From: Candidatus Thorarchaeota archaeon
GTDB taxonomy: Archaea > Asgardarchaeota > Thorarchaeia > Thorarchaeales > Thorarchaeaceae
NCBI GenBank assembly: GCA_016839605.1
Contig: JAEOTX010000231.1
Span: forward strand, 1 to 29,469
Length of the DNA stretch: 29,469 nucleotides
Direction: 5' to 3'
Shown here: positions 1 through 9,623 of the stretch, one piece after another
How the letters are laid out: each line of letters starts with the position of its first letter
Position numbering within the stretch: the first letter of the stretch is position 1
Translations under genes and position numbers: made by a program
Notes under the pieces: generated by a model
Seen by the model: the letters and a program-made list of their open reading frames with translations, nothing else
Databases searched by the model: none
What the model was told of the DNA's origin: nothing

Positions 1-3000
1 CATGACAGGTCAGAGATCTACAACGCAGATTATTCACATCATCTGATTGCACAGGGAAATCTCTCAGATGGCACTCCTCTGATATATACCCTGGAACTCG
101 ACCCTGCTGGTAAAACAGTTTACCTAAACAAGTACTTGCCAGATGGCCTGTTTGATGATTCGTATCCCATCGACTTCACATCAGGGAATGACTTCAGACT
201 TACTACCGGCATGCTTGATGGCGATTCCGTTCTTGACCCAGTTGCAATTGTAAGTAAGGGTGCTTCAACAACTGAAGTTTATGTCTTGCATGGAACCAGC
301 TTTACCCTTTACTATTCTTCAGTATCTCCAGTTTTCCAAAAGGCTCTGCGTCTAGTGGAGATTCTCGATGGGGATGGAGATGGGAGAGATGAATTGTACC
401 AACTCCGAAGCGTACAAGACTATACGTTAGCGCGCATGGATGATACAGGTACATGGACCTGGCGAAACCTAACAGATCCAAACAATTCCGACCTTCGTCC
501 TCAGTTCTTGGTCGGCGCTTACTCTGGAATTGGCCAGCCCAGCTATTTGACCATCATACGAGGAAACTCACTCATCGAGATGGTTGATGGTTCGGATATC
601 GATAATTACAGCGAAATAACCATCCCAACAGCTGGTTTTTCGGCAGTCCAAGCCAAGACAATAACTTCTCTCGAGAGAAGCATTGGCAGCGGTGAAGAAT
701 TTGCCTTTGGTATGACATTCTGGACTGGACCTATACCAGAAACCAGATTGTATCTGTTTAATGGAACAGACCGGAATCTTGGAGACCTCGATATATTCAC
801 AATGGCAGACCATGACGTGTCCTTTCTCTCTCCGTTTGATGTAGATTTAGATGGCGTAGATGAGCTTATGGTTCTCCATGACTCCGGAGAGCTAATGCTG
901 ACAAGACCGGGTTCAACCCTCTCTATCGATTGGAGCATCTTTGTAAGCAGCTCAACGCCCCTTAGCGCAATCGCAACCGATTTCAATGGTTGGCCTGTGA
1001 ATGAGTTTCTCTTGTTCACCAAAGAAGATGGTCTTCTCACTGTAATTTCAGACGATGGTGACGCAAGAACAGCGGTAGTAGGAGAGGTCCATGTCCCAAT
1101 TCCAATCGGGGATGTTGATCCGGGCAATGGGCAAGAGATTGCTGCGTATCCCATCGTTACAGATGTTGGAAGAGCAGTAATCGGTGCAATCCGAAACTTG
1201 GATTTGTTCTATAGATTATCAGTGGATATTGAGTATGCGCCAACTATCGTTGACCAAGGAAACGAGTTCCAAGCCAATGTTACTGTTCTCAATATCTATG
1301 GAGAATCAGTGGGTGACGCGTCAGTCTACGTGAATGCCCATTATATAACGCCCGAAGGTCCAGTTATGATTCCATTCAATTCATACTACAACCCCGATGA
1401 GTCGCACTACGAAGCACCCACTGACGCTTCATGGTCAATTGGTGTAGTAAATCTCAGTGTCATAGTTACCCACCATTTCTATCAGTTCAGGTATGCTTTC
1501 TTCCCTGATGCAGTCATTGTGAGAAGCGATCTTCATGTTTCGGTTTTTGCACCTCCACAGGTTGATCAAGAGGGTAACATGACTATTGAGGTCTGGGTGA
1601 TTGACAATCTAGGATTCATAGTGAGTGATGCAGCAGTCATTGTTTCTATCGATGGTTCCGACTATCCAGCGGTGCAAGTAAATGATTCCTATTTCCTCGA
1701 AGTAGCCGAGGTGCAGCTGCGGGGAGGATTCCATCCTGTGGAGGCAACGGCTACACATCCCTTCGGAAATGGGCCCGGAAGTCAAGAAATTGGTTTTGAG
1801 GTTCAGGTCCATTCTTCAAGTTTAAGCATAATTACTGACTTCCCTGCTATTGTCCAACAGAATGAAACTGTAGCAGCTGCATTTGGCATCAATGATGCAT
1901 ACGGGCGGCCCATAATAGGAGCTGCTGTGTCTTTGAGAAGTGGACCAACGGTCTTCGAACTCGAGGAAACTTCACCCGGTAATTACGAGCTCAATTCTAC
2001 CCTGAACGTAGGAATTGGAAATCATACCTTCGATTTGCTCGTCGGTGAAAAGTCTTGGATAGTCGGAGCTCTTGCCCAACAAGTCGATGTAGAGGTCTTT
2101 GGCGACCTTGTTCCGAACGTGTTCTTCATTCCAAGAGTCGAGAGTGGCACTACATTCGAAGTTAGTGTCTTTGTCAAAGACGCAATTGGCCCAGTCTTCC
2201 AAGGCACTTCCGTGACTATTGAGATTAATAGCACAAGATACACACAGACGCGTGAAACGGGTGAGCCTGAGTTTGTGTTTCTGGTCCTAGCTGATTTCTT
2301 GATGGGAGAGAATAATTTCACAGTCTATGTGAACGCGACATACGCCAATCCATGGTCAGATGAATTCACCATTCGAGCTTTTTCAGATATGAGTGCGTAT
2401 TCGTCTATCCAATCGTTGGGAGGCAATACAATTGCACAAGGAGGCCAAACAACAATGGAGCTTACGCTTGTTGATTGGTTAGATCGACCGGTTTCTGGTG
2501 CGACTGTGTCGTTCTATGTGAAAGCGCTCTCATATCCTATGCAAGAGAGCACTCCTGGTGTATATACTGCACAAATAGCGACAACTGGATGGTCTCCAGG
2601 CGAATACAATTATTCGGTTTCTGTCCATCATGAGGACATTGAAACCGGTGATGGGCTTGAAGGAGTATTGGTTGTTACAGGCCAGCTAGTCTTTGATGTC
2701 ACCTTCTTCCCAGAAGATGGCACCCAGGGCCAGTCATTAGAAGTTGTCATAGCTGTGCAAGACATCTATGGCAATCCGATTCCGGATTTGGATGTATTCG
2801 TATCTTTGATGAACATGCTTCCAATTCAGGCAACTGAAACGTATGTGATAGGCACTTATGAAGCCATCATCATGCTCATTCCAACTGATCAGGGATATGG
2901 AGATTTCACTGTAAGCATTTCAGCGCAGGGCGAGTTTATTCAGGCGACTGGTACAGAAGCAACAGTGACAATAGATCCCGCTGTGCCAGATTTCGCCATG

Positions 3001-3864
3001 TCGACACAGTCAATCAGCTTGGGAGCGGGACTTTCATTCCTTCTGAGCCTCATAGGGATGTTTGTCTATTTCAGGATCGCATCTTCAACAAGAATCGACG
3101 ACGAATCTGTGGAAGGAATTCAAAAGTCTGTAAAGCGCATGGATAGGATATACTTGCTGATGGTTCTGGTCAGTGGCATTGGCTTAGTGTCATCCTATTG
3201 GTATTATCTGCAAGCGGAACTAGGTCTTGCATTAGTGCTCATCATAGCTCTTCTCGGAATGTCAGTTCTCATGTATGGCCTCTGGCTCTATCGTGATGCG
3301 GTTTCTGCAGTGCTGGTCAAAGGAGCATTAACCAGAAGTAGGATTGTCTTTGGACTGTGGCATCTTGTATTTGTGCCTGTGGTCATAGTGATGATTCTAA
3401 TGTATGGAACTGGAATCGACTGGTTTAGAGCCTACATCATCGATGTGGCAATCACCTTCGGTGACCTAAGCATTCCAACAATAATGACCACAATATTCGT
3501 GGCATACGTGTCATCAATCATTGTTGTAGTTGTGAATCTTTATCGAGAAGTCAGCAAAGGCATCAAGAAGATTGGCAGGATGGAGGAAGCAGGAACACCA
3601 CGTAATATCGTTGAGGAGGAGAAGATCTCCATGATCAACAGGTTCAGTTCTTCTATCCGTATTAAATTCCTGATGTTCTTAGTCGTTGTAGGCGCAACCA
3701 CAGTGATGGCAATGGATTTCTTGCAGAGCTTCCAACTTGCAATTATAGTGCTTATGCCAGTTCTCTTCCTTGTGGTGATTCCGTTCCTGGCTTCCAAGAT
3801 TATACAGGTCCTAAGCAGAGTATCTGGAGTGGTAACTAAAAGAAGCACCGCATCTGTTGAATAA
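1..3864 (+). CDS. Large cell-surface membrane protein, 5'-partial: FG-GAP-like beta-propeller, about six Ig-like repeats and about 7 C-terminal TM helices
   Basis: Frame 1 is open from base 1 (HDRSEIYNADY...), so the true start lies upstream of the window. It has DxDxDG-type Ca-loop motifs (DGDGDGRDEL, DVDLDGVDEL, GDVDPGNGQEI), recurring Ig-like motifs (e.g. DAYGRPIIGAAV, DIYGNPIPDLDV, DWLDRPVSGATV) and seven hydrophobic segments after about aa 960. Confidence 0.8.
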   Translation, partial: HDRSEIYNADYSHHLIAQGNLSDGTPLIYTLELDPAGKTVYLNKYLPDGLFDDSYPIDFTSGNDFRLTTGMLDGDSVLDPVAIVSKGASTTEVYVLHGTSFTLYYSSVSPVFQKALRLVEILDGDGDGRDELYQLRSVQDYTLARMDDTGTWTWRNLTDPNNSDLRPQFLVGAYSGIGQPSYLTIIRGNSLIEMVDGSDIDNYSEITIPTAGFSAVQAKTITSLERSIGSGEEFAFGMTFWTGPIPETRLYLFNGTDRNLGDLDIFTMADHDVSFLSPFDVDLDGVDELMVLHDSGELMLTRPGSTLSIDWSIFVSSSTPLSAIATDFNGWPVNEFLLFTKEDGLLTVISDDGDARTAVVGEVHVPIPIGDVDPGNGQEIAAYPIVTDVGRAVIGAIRNLDLFYRLSVDIEYAPTIVDQGNEFQANVTVLNIYGESVGDASVYVNAHYITPEGPVMIPFNSYYNPDESHYEAPTDASWSIGVVNLSVIVTHHFYQFRYAFFPDAVIVRSDLHVSVFAPPQVDQEGNMTIEVWVIDNLGFIVSDAAVIVSIDGSDYPAVQVNDSYFLEVAEVQLRGGFHPVEATATHPFGNGPGSQEIGFEVQVHSSSLSIITDFPAIVQQNETVAAAFGINDAYGRPIIGAAVSLRSGPTVFELEETSPGNYELNSTLNVGIGNHTFDLLVGEKSWIVGALAQQVDVEVFGDLVPNVFFIPRVESGTTFEVSVFVKDAIGPVFQGTSVTIEINSTRYTQTRETGEPEFVFLVLADFLMGENNFTVYVNATYANPWSDEFTIRAFSDMSAYSSIQSLGGNTIAQGGQTTMELTLVDWLDRPVSGATVSFYVKALSYPMQESTPGVYTAQIATTGWSPGEYNYSVSVHHEDIETGDGLEGVLVVTGQLVFDVTFFPEDGTQGQSLEVVIAVQDIYGNPIPDLDVFVSLMNMLPIQATETYVIGTYEAIIMLIPTDQGYGDFTVSISAQGEFIQATGTEATVTIDPAVPDFAMSTQSISLGAGLSFLLSLIGMFVYFRIASSTRIDDESVEGIQKSVKRMDRIYLLMVLVSGIGLVSSYWYYLQAELGLALVLIIALLGMSVLMYGLWLYRDAVSAVLVKGALTRSRIVFGLWHLVFVPVVIVMILMYGTGIDWFRAYIIDVAITFGDLSIPTIMTTIFVAYVSSIIVVVVNLYREVSKGIKKIGRMEEAGTPRNIVEEEKISMINRFSSSIRIKFLMFLVVVGATTVMAMDFLQSFQLAIIVLMPVLFLVVIPFLASKIIQVLSRVSGVVTKRSTASVE

Positions 3865-3886
3865 CAAGAGGAGAAATACAAGAGAA

Positions 3887-3910
3887 AGTGATGGCTGCCA
3901 AGCCATCACT
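3887..3910 (-). terminator. Hairpin between convergent genes, probable terminator of the 3918..5471 gene
   Basis: Perfect 10-bp stem AGTGATGGCT-gcca-AGCCATCACT. On the minus strand it is followed by a pyrimidine/U-rich tract (ttctcttgtatttctcc). Confidence 0.6.
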
Positions 3911-3917
3911 CCTCATT

Positions 3918-5471
3918 TTATTCGGAGTACTCTTCATCTGTAGCCTCGACGGGTTCTTCATCCATCTCAGATTCGATGGAGTCTTCCTCGACATCAGTGT
4001 CATCCTCAGCCACGAACTCGTCATCTTTTGACTCAGCTTCAGGCTCCTCTTCTGGAGGTTGAATCTCAGGCTCAGCCTCAGCTTCTTCAACCACAGGAAT
4101 CTCCTGGTCATCAAGTGTGACTTTTAGCTTCTGAATCTGGGACTTTCTGGAAATGTATAGGGCTACAATGACAGCAAGAGATAGTGCAGCTCCCACGACC
4201 GTAAGAGTTGTCTGGAAACTGCTAGCTGCGCCACCTAGGAGTGTCTGCCAAGTGAGGACAAGGAACGCAAGTCCACCGATGTTCATCACGAAGCTTCGAA
4301 TTGGAGTTTCGATCTTCTGTATCTCTGTGACCTCTGCATCCACAAGTGCAGCCCCAAGTACGCCAGCATTGTATTCGTTTGATTTGGTCTTCTTAGCGAG
4401 CTTCCTTATTGAGAGCGATTTCTTCTTGCCCATCACCTGCAATGCTTTGGGCACCTTTGATGCGATGAGATCCGCATATTTTCTCTCAGCTTCATCTATG
4501 TCGATCTTGCACTTCTTGCATGTTGGTGCATCTTGTTGCCACTTGGCCTTGCAGTTTGGACACTTGTCTTTCGCCCAAGCTTCCGGAGCGATTTCCCTAA
4601 CGCGCTGACGAATTCGATATTCGCTAACTCCGCTTTCTCCTCCTTCATAAGTTCGAATCTCATCTTCCGTAGCTTTCTTCTTCCTAATCTTCACTTGCAT
4701 TGAAAGGAGTGAGAATAATGCAGGTAATGCACCTAGCACGGTTAGATTGGGGAGTGATTTTATCTCCCCAGCCTTCTTCTGAATAGAGCGCACCTTGTGA
4801 GCAGTCTGGATTCCCTCCAACAGAGACTTGAAACTTGTACCAACACCCAAAACTGCACCACCGGTTGCCACTGTTGTTGTTATACCGGCAATAGATGTGA
4901 TAGCATCAATTGCTGAGGATGGCGGAATTGTTAGGAAAAATGGTTGTTCAATTGAGTGAGGAGTATCAACTCCATCAACTTCCCCTTCAACGAGATAGTA
5001 TAGACTCACTGAAGCTTCGAATTTCCCAGTTATGATATCGATAGAGATTCCACCAAGTTGTGTAGATACTATATCACCCATAGCAAGCTGAGCCTCGACT
5101 GGAGGGATAGTAGCATCAGGTTGCATCAGGGCTTCTAAATCAGCTTGAGCAACTTCGATTTCAAACACCTTGATGCTCTGATACCAGAAGCCGATCGCAC
5201 CTCTTAGATGATGGATAGCTTGCGTTCCAATAACATCGATTTCTATGTAGATTGTTGTCATTGCTTCAACGTCGATTTCAATTGGCGTTGTCTCTGACGT
5301 ATCCGTTATGCTGATGCCATTGACGAGAATTCGTGCATGCAAGTGCTCTTCATCTCCGAACCATCCATCAGGTGGTGTTTGAGCTGAAGCAAGAACTGTG
5401 CTTGCAAGAATCACTACTCCACATACGGCTAGAAAGCCGACCAGTAATCTTCTTCGACGGAAGCGTGCCAT
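3918..5471 (-). CDS. Hypothetical membrane protein with signal peptide, extracellular domain, Zn ribbon, possible HTH and acidic tail
   Basis: 517-aa ORF with AGGTGA RBS. Basic plus hydrophobic N-terminus ending ASA|Q, CPNC-x10-CKKC, several TM segments and an Asp/Glu-rich C-terminus. Confidence 0.75.
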   Translation of the reverse strand: MARFRRRRLLVGFLAVCGVVILASTVLASAQTPPDGWFGDEEHLHARILVNGISITDTSETTPIEIDVEAMTTIYIEIDVIGTQAIHHLRGAIGFWYQSIKVFEIEVAQADLEALMQPDATIPPVEAQLAMGDIVSTQLGGISIDIITGKFEASVSLYYLVEGEVDGVDTPHSIEQPFFLTIPPSSAIDAITSIAGITTTVATGGAVLGVGTSFKSLLEGIQTAHKVRSIQKKAGEIKSLPNLTVLGALPALFSLLSMQVKIRKKKATEDEIRTYEGGESGVSEYRIRQRVREIAPEAWAKDKCPNCKAKWQQDAPTCKKCKIDIDEAERKYADLIASKVPKALQVMGKKKSLSIRKLAKKTKSNEYNAGVLGAALVDAEVTEIQKIETPIRSFVMNIGGLAFLVLTWQTLLGGAASSFQTTLTVVGAALSLAVIVALYISRKSQIQKLKVTLDDQEIPVVEEAEAEPEIQPPEEEPEAESKDDEFVAEDDTDVEEDSIESEMDEEPVEATDEEYSE

Positions 5472-5564
5472 ATTGAATTCCTCACCTAATCTCTCGCGGG
5501 ATGCTAGTACTCAGTTTCAAGCAAAAAAGCATTGTGGATACTGAATCGTCAAAGAAGCAAATAG

Positions 5565-5981
5565 TCATGCCGGTGTTCGCATACCTCGAATCATTTCAGC
5601 CACCTTCATGGCGATTGTTCGGAGGCCTTCACTCTTCATGAGCAGTCCTTTAGCTCCAGCGGAAACAGCTTTGCTGATGAGTTCGCGGTCTACGTAAGCA
5701 GTAAGGATATGCACATTCTCAACGCCTTGTTTCGTCAGTTTCTCAGTACAACTGATTCCATCCATCACAGGCATCTTGAGATCCATCAGTGTCATTTGCG
5801 GAAGTCTGCCCTCGGTCTTGAGCTTGGATATCTTCTCCAAAGCTGCTTTTCCATTTAGTGCGGCAATTACTTCAAGGTCATCTATGAATCTGCGGAGGTA
5901 CTCAGTCATTATGTCAACTATCCCAGGTTCATCATCTACAATGAGAATAGTAGTTGTCACAGACACCTCATCCTTGCGCAA
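5565..5981 (-). CDS. Stand-alone response regulator receiver (CheY-like)
   Basis: ILIVDDE, phosphoacceptor in MDLKMPVMDG, Thr in ILTAY and conserved Lys (LMKS). An alternative GTG start at 5960 follows GAGGTG. Confidence 0.9.
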   Translation of the reverse strand: MRKDEVSVTTTILIVDDEPGIVDIMTEYLRRFIDDLEVIAALNGKAALEKISKLKTEGRLPQMTLMDLKMPVMDGISCTEKLTKQGVENVHILTAYVDRELISKAVSAGAKGLLMKSEGLRTIAMKVAEMIRGMRTPA

Positions 5982-6116
5982 TTCGAGTTAGAACGTGTAA
6001 TCTTGGGGAAACCGACTTATGAATGGTTAGGATTTGCAATGACCTGATGGAGTTCTGGACATAACTTCTGAATTCTGTAGTAGTTCTTTAGGAATCATCG
6101 ATATACCAGAGGGAGG

Positions 6117-6617
6117 ATGAACATGGTCACTCTCACAAACTCTGATGGAGATGAATCGAATCCTAAGATAACATGTATTTCCGAACTAACTCCAGACAGT
6201 AAATCTGTGACATTGCTCGTCAGAATAATCTCAATGAGTCAGGCTCGACAAGTTAGGTCAAACAAGACCAATAGAAGACATCTTGTACAGGACGCTGTTG
6301 CTGGTGATTCGACAGCCAAAATCAGTATGACTCTCTGGAATGAGGACGTGGACTCGCTTCAGGAGGGTCACACCTACCTCCTGACGAAAGGTTACGTAAG
6401 AGAGTATGATGAATGCATGTACCTTGTTCGAAGTCGTTCAGGAGAGTTCAGAGAAAGTGCGAAGCATATCGAGAAAGTATACGAATCAGTTGATATGAGT
6501 AGGCCTTTTGCAGGGCAAAAACCATACCGCAAGAGTCCGCGTACGAAGTCTGGTAGATCATTCAGAGGAACTCCGGGAAGAGAGGAAAAGGGATACTGTT
6601 CATGGAAGGGCTTTTGA
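6117..6617 (+). CDS. ssb: Single-OB-fold ssDNA-binding protein (crenarchaeal SSB/RPA-like)
   Basis: ISELTP..KSVTLLVRII..SQARQV...VAGDSTAKISMTLW matches the Sulfolobus-type SSB pattern, followed by an Arg/Gly-rich basic tail. GGGAGG lies directly upstream. Confidence 0.75.
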   Translation: MNMVTLTNSDGDESNPKITCISELTPDSKSVTLLVRIISMSQARQVRSNKTNRRHLVQDAVAGDSTAKISMTLWNEDVDSLQEGHTYLLTKGYVREYDECMYLVRSRSGEFRESAKHIEKVYESVDMSRPFAGQKPYRKSPRTKSGRSFRGTPGREEKGYCSWKGF

Positions 6618-6644
6618 GTCGGTTGTCTGCTCATAGAGGTTTGC

Positions 6645-7553
6645 ATGAAGATTGACTACCACGGCAATCCCATACCGTTTCCATTGGCTGCTATTCGTGG
6701 AAGGCTACTAACTACGGGACTCTCACGTGCGTATACTGAAGAAATATTACTCAAGCTGGCCAGTCAAGGTGCCGAATCTGAAAAGAGTATCTCAGTGGAG
6801 AAGCTGGAGAAAAATGCACGAGATCTTGTTCCAGAGGCATTCTTGGCTGATTATGACCTCCTTTCCAAATATGAGGCACTCAGGAGAACCACAACGGATG
6901 TTCCACCACTTGTGCTAATCCTTGAGGGAGCATCAGCTACTGGTAAATCCATGCTGGCTCTGGATTTCATTGCGCATCTTTCAATCACTCGAATCATTAG
7001 TACTGATACTGTAAGGCAGGTGCTCAGAGGCATTCATTCCCCAGAAGAACACCCCGAATTATACTGTCATACCTACCAAGCCTACAAACATCGACAGGCA
7101 GGTCCCGAAGGACTCAACCCCATAATCCGAGGGTACCTTGCTCAATGTGAATTGATGGAGCCGGCAATCCGTGCTGCCGTTGAGAATTTGGTACGTGAGG
7201 GCGCTGAGGGTCTGGTGGAAGGTGTGCATATACTCCCTGGTAGTCTGCAAGACCTCAGTCCAGGTATCCTCGAGATTCTAATCCATCCGGAAGAGACTGC
7301 GCATCGTATTATGTTCCTAACCAAATACAGTGCATCGGGACTCAAGACTGTCTCAGCTGACGGGGAGATTAGGGAGAATGAATTTTTAGCTACACGTCAG
7401 ATCCAGGATCATATGGCACATATTGCTAAGAAAAACTCAGTAGAAACAGTAACGCTCATGGACTACGAACAAGCGTCAGAGGAGATCCGTTTCATCATAC
7501 TCAACAAGATTAGACATCTTGTGAGACACACTTCCGGGGGAAAAGATGAGTGA
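6645..7553 (+). CDS. 2-phosphoglycerate kinase-like P-loop kinase
   Basis: Walker A LILEGASATGKS followed by IISTDTVRQVLR, PELYCHTY and LVEGVHILPG, typical of the 2-PGK family. The N-terminus resembles an ATP cone (IPFPLAAIRGRL). Confidence 0.75.
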   Translation: MKIDYHGNPIPFPLAAIRGRLLTTGLSRAYTEEILLKLASQGAESEKSISVEKLEKNARDLVPEAFLADYDLLSKYEALRRTTTDVPPLVLILEGASATGKSMLALDFIAHLSITRIISTDTVRQVLRGIHSPEEHPELYCHTYQAYKHRQAGPEGLNPIIRGYLAQCELMEPAIRAAVENLVREGAEGLVEGVHILPGSLQDLSPGILEILIHPEETAHRIMFLTKYSASGLKTVSADGEIRENEFLATRQIQDHMAHIAKKNSVETVTLMDYEQASEEIRFIILNKIRHLVRHTSGGKDE

Positions 7554-8944
7554 GCTGGAAGGATGCTGCACTGGACAGACTCTTCAATCCAAAGTCTATA
7601 GCAATAATTGGTGCCTCAAATCAACCTAACAAGTTAGGCGCACTCACACTTCGTGCACTCAAGCATTTCAAGGCAAAGAAATTCCCGGTAAACCCTCGTC
7701 ATTCAGAAATTGATGGTTTCAAATGCCACTTCAGTGCGGCAGATATTGGAGAAGAGATTGATCTGGCTGTTATTGCACTAGGGCCAATGAATGTGCTCCC
7801 CGCGCTTAAGGACTGCGCTGAAGCTGGTGTCGGAGGAGTAATTATTTTCTCTGCTGGATTCAAGGAATTGGGTCCAATCGGTGAGGAGCATCAGAAGCAA
7901 GTCAAGGAATTGGCGGATGCCTCCCGAATTGCAGTCATCGGTCCGAACTGCTTGGGTGCAGGTAATCCGAGTATTGCATTGAACGCCACTTTCTTTCCAC
8001 ACCCTGCTCCGCTTGAAAGCGGAGATGTATCCCTTGTCAGTCAGAGCGGAGGCGTAGCTGGACTTATGCTCTATGAGGCAGCTGACGCAGGTGTAGGAAT
8101 AGCTAAATTCGCCAGCATAGGAAACAGAGTAAACATTGACTTCCATGATATGGTGAGATATCTTGGCCAGGATAAGGAAACAGAAGTCATTTGCCTGTTC
8201 GTTGAAGGCACTGAACACGCCAGGTCAATGTACGAAGAGATGGCACACGTGGCGAAAAGCAAGCCTATCATCATGTACAAGGTTGGCAAGACACCCACCT
8301 CAAGAAAGGCTGCTTTGAGTCATACTGGAAGTCTGGCAGGTAGGCATGAGTTGTATTCAGCTGCTGCAGTGCAGAGCGGGGCAATTGAAACGGATACGGT
8401 CACTGAAATGATCGACACTGCCAAAATCCTGTCTATCTGCGAAACATGTCCAACAGGGCGAAATGTAGCCATCGTGACACACACACTTGGCCCTTCACTC
8501 ATTGCGGCACAAATACTCGAAAATGCAGGCTCATCACTTCCGCCGCCTTCGCAGGAAACGTCTTCAATCATTCAGGAAATGCTAGCGATGCCAGTTGAGA
8601 TATCAATCACTAATCCTGTGGACTTGCTCGCTCAAGGCTGGGCTAATCCTGATATCTTCGCAGAAGCCTTCAATCTGATAATGGATGATTCACGATATGA
8701 TGCAGTGATGATAGTGTTCTCTCCTAACTATCAGGAAGACATCGGCGGAGGAGTGCCCATTGATTCGATACTGAAGAAGACATCCAGCTCGGAAAAAGTG
8801 GTTGTTGCTGTGTTGAACTCACCAGTCTGCACACCTCCATCGGGAAAAGATAGACTGGAGCATGGTGGCGTTCCCGTATTCTCTAATCCTGAGAGGGCGG
8901 CTCAAGCGCTTTCCAATGTTCTGAGACAATCTCGAAATCATTAG
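7550..8944 (+). CDS. acdA: NDP-forming acyl-CoA synthetase alpha subunit (CoA-binding)
   Basis: LFNPKSIAIIGAS, SAGFKE, GPNCLG, SQSGG, phospho-His motif SHTGSLAG and NPVDL. It has no ATP-grasp or GNAT domain and overlaps the upstream kinase by GTGA. Confidence 0.85.
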   Translation: MSWKDAALDRLFNPKSIAIIGASNQPNKLGALTLRALKHFKAKKFPVNPRHSEIDGFKCHFSAADIGEEIDLAVIALGPMNVLPALKDCAEAGVGGVIIFSAGFKELGPIGEEHQKQVKELADASRIAVIGPNCLGAGNPSIALNATFFPHPAPLESGDVSLVSQSGGVAGLMLYEAADAGVGIAKFASIGNRVNIDFHDMVRYLGQDKETEVICLFVEGTEHARSMYEEMAHVAKSKPIIMYKVGKTPTSRKAALSHTGSLAGRHELYSAAAVQSGAIETDTVTEMIDTAKILSICETCPTGRNVAIVTHTLGPSLIAAQILENAGSSLPPPSQETSSIIQEMLAMPVEISITNPVDLLAQGWANPDIFAEAFNLIMDDSRYDAVMIVFSPNYQEDIGGGVPIDSILKKTSSSEKVVVAVLNSPVCTPPSGKDRLEHGGVPVFSNPERAAQALSNVLRQSRNH

Positions 8945-9026
8945 TGGTTTCAAAATGTATGTCTTAAATGCCATTATATGCAGGACTTAAATCATCAAAG
9001 GAAGATATTCCGGGAAGGAGCTAGGA

Positions 9027-9578
9027 TTGTCAAAAAGAACCCCGCGTTATATGTTCAAGATGGTATCTCTGGGCGACGCGGCCACAGGCAAGACTAGCTG
9101 CATCATCAGATACACCGAGAATAGTTTTGGAGAGTCATACCAAGCAACAATGGGAACCAATATCGCTGTCAAGAATCTCCAAGTTGCATTGACTGAAGAA
9201 GAGACCGTGCCAGTACAAATAGTATTATGGGATCTTGGAGGTCAACCTGATTTCAAAGAGCTTAGACTGAGATACATGGCTGGAGCTAGCATTGCGTTCA
9301 TCGTCTATGATGTGACGAATCCGAGGTCTTTCTTGCATGTCTATGATTGGTATTCAAATTTCATATCCGTGAATCCAGATGCCGCAGTATCCCTTGTCGC
9401 GAACAAAATAGATTTGGATGACAGAAAAGTGCCTCCTGAAGCGGGGCAAATGCTTAGTGATTGGCTAGATGTAGCCCACATTGAAACGAGTGCAAAGACT
9501 GGAGAGAACGTAGAAGAACTCTTCACAGATCTCATCTCCCTTGGAGTGCAAAAGCATAGTTCAAGAAGCATTGAATGA
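9027..9578 (+). CDS. Ras-superfamily (Rab-like) small GTPase
   Basis: G1 GDAATGKT, G2 Thr (ATMG), G3 WDLGGQ, G4 NKID and G5 ETSAK. TTG start after GGAG. No C-terminal Cys. Confidence 0.92.
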   Translation: MSKRTPRYMFKMVSLGDAATGKTSCIIRYTENSFGESYQATMGTNIAVKNLQVALTEEETVPVQIVLWDLGGQPDFKELRLRYMAGASIAFIVYDVTNPRSFLHVYDWYSNFISVNPDAAVSLVANKIDLDDRKVPPEAGQMLSDWLDVAHIETSAKTGENVEELFTDLISLGVQKHSSRSIE

Positions 9579-9586
9579 GAAATGGT

Positions 9587-9623
9587 GGGCGAGAGTCCAG
9601 GCTGGCCCCTAAATCTCTCACCC
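9587..9623 (-). terminator. Hairpin in the convergent gap, candidate 3' end of the nuo transcript
   Basis: Minus strand GGGUGAGAG-A-UUUAGG[GGCCAG]CCUGGA-CUCUCGCCC forms 15 bp, including three G-U pairs that form only on this strand. It is followed by ACCAUUUCUC. Confidence 0.5.

Noticed and set aside
5430-5471. Twin-arginine (Tat) signal in MARFRRRRLL
   Set aside because: It is compatible with an ordinary basic n-region and cannot be distinguished by eye.
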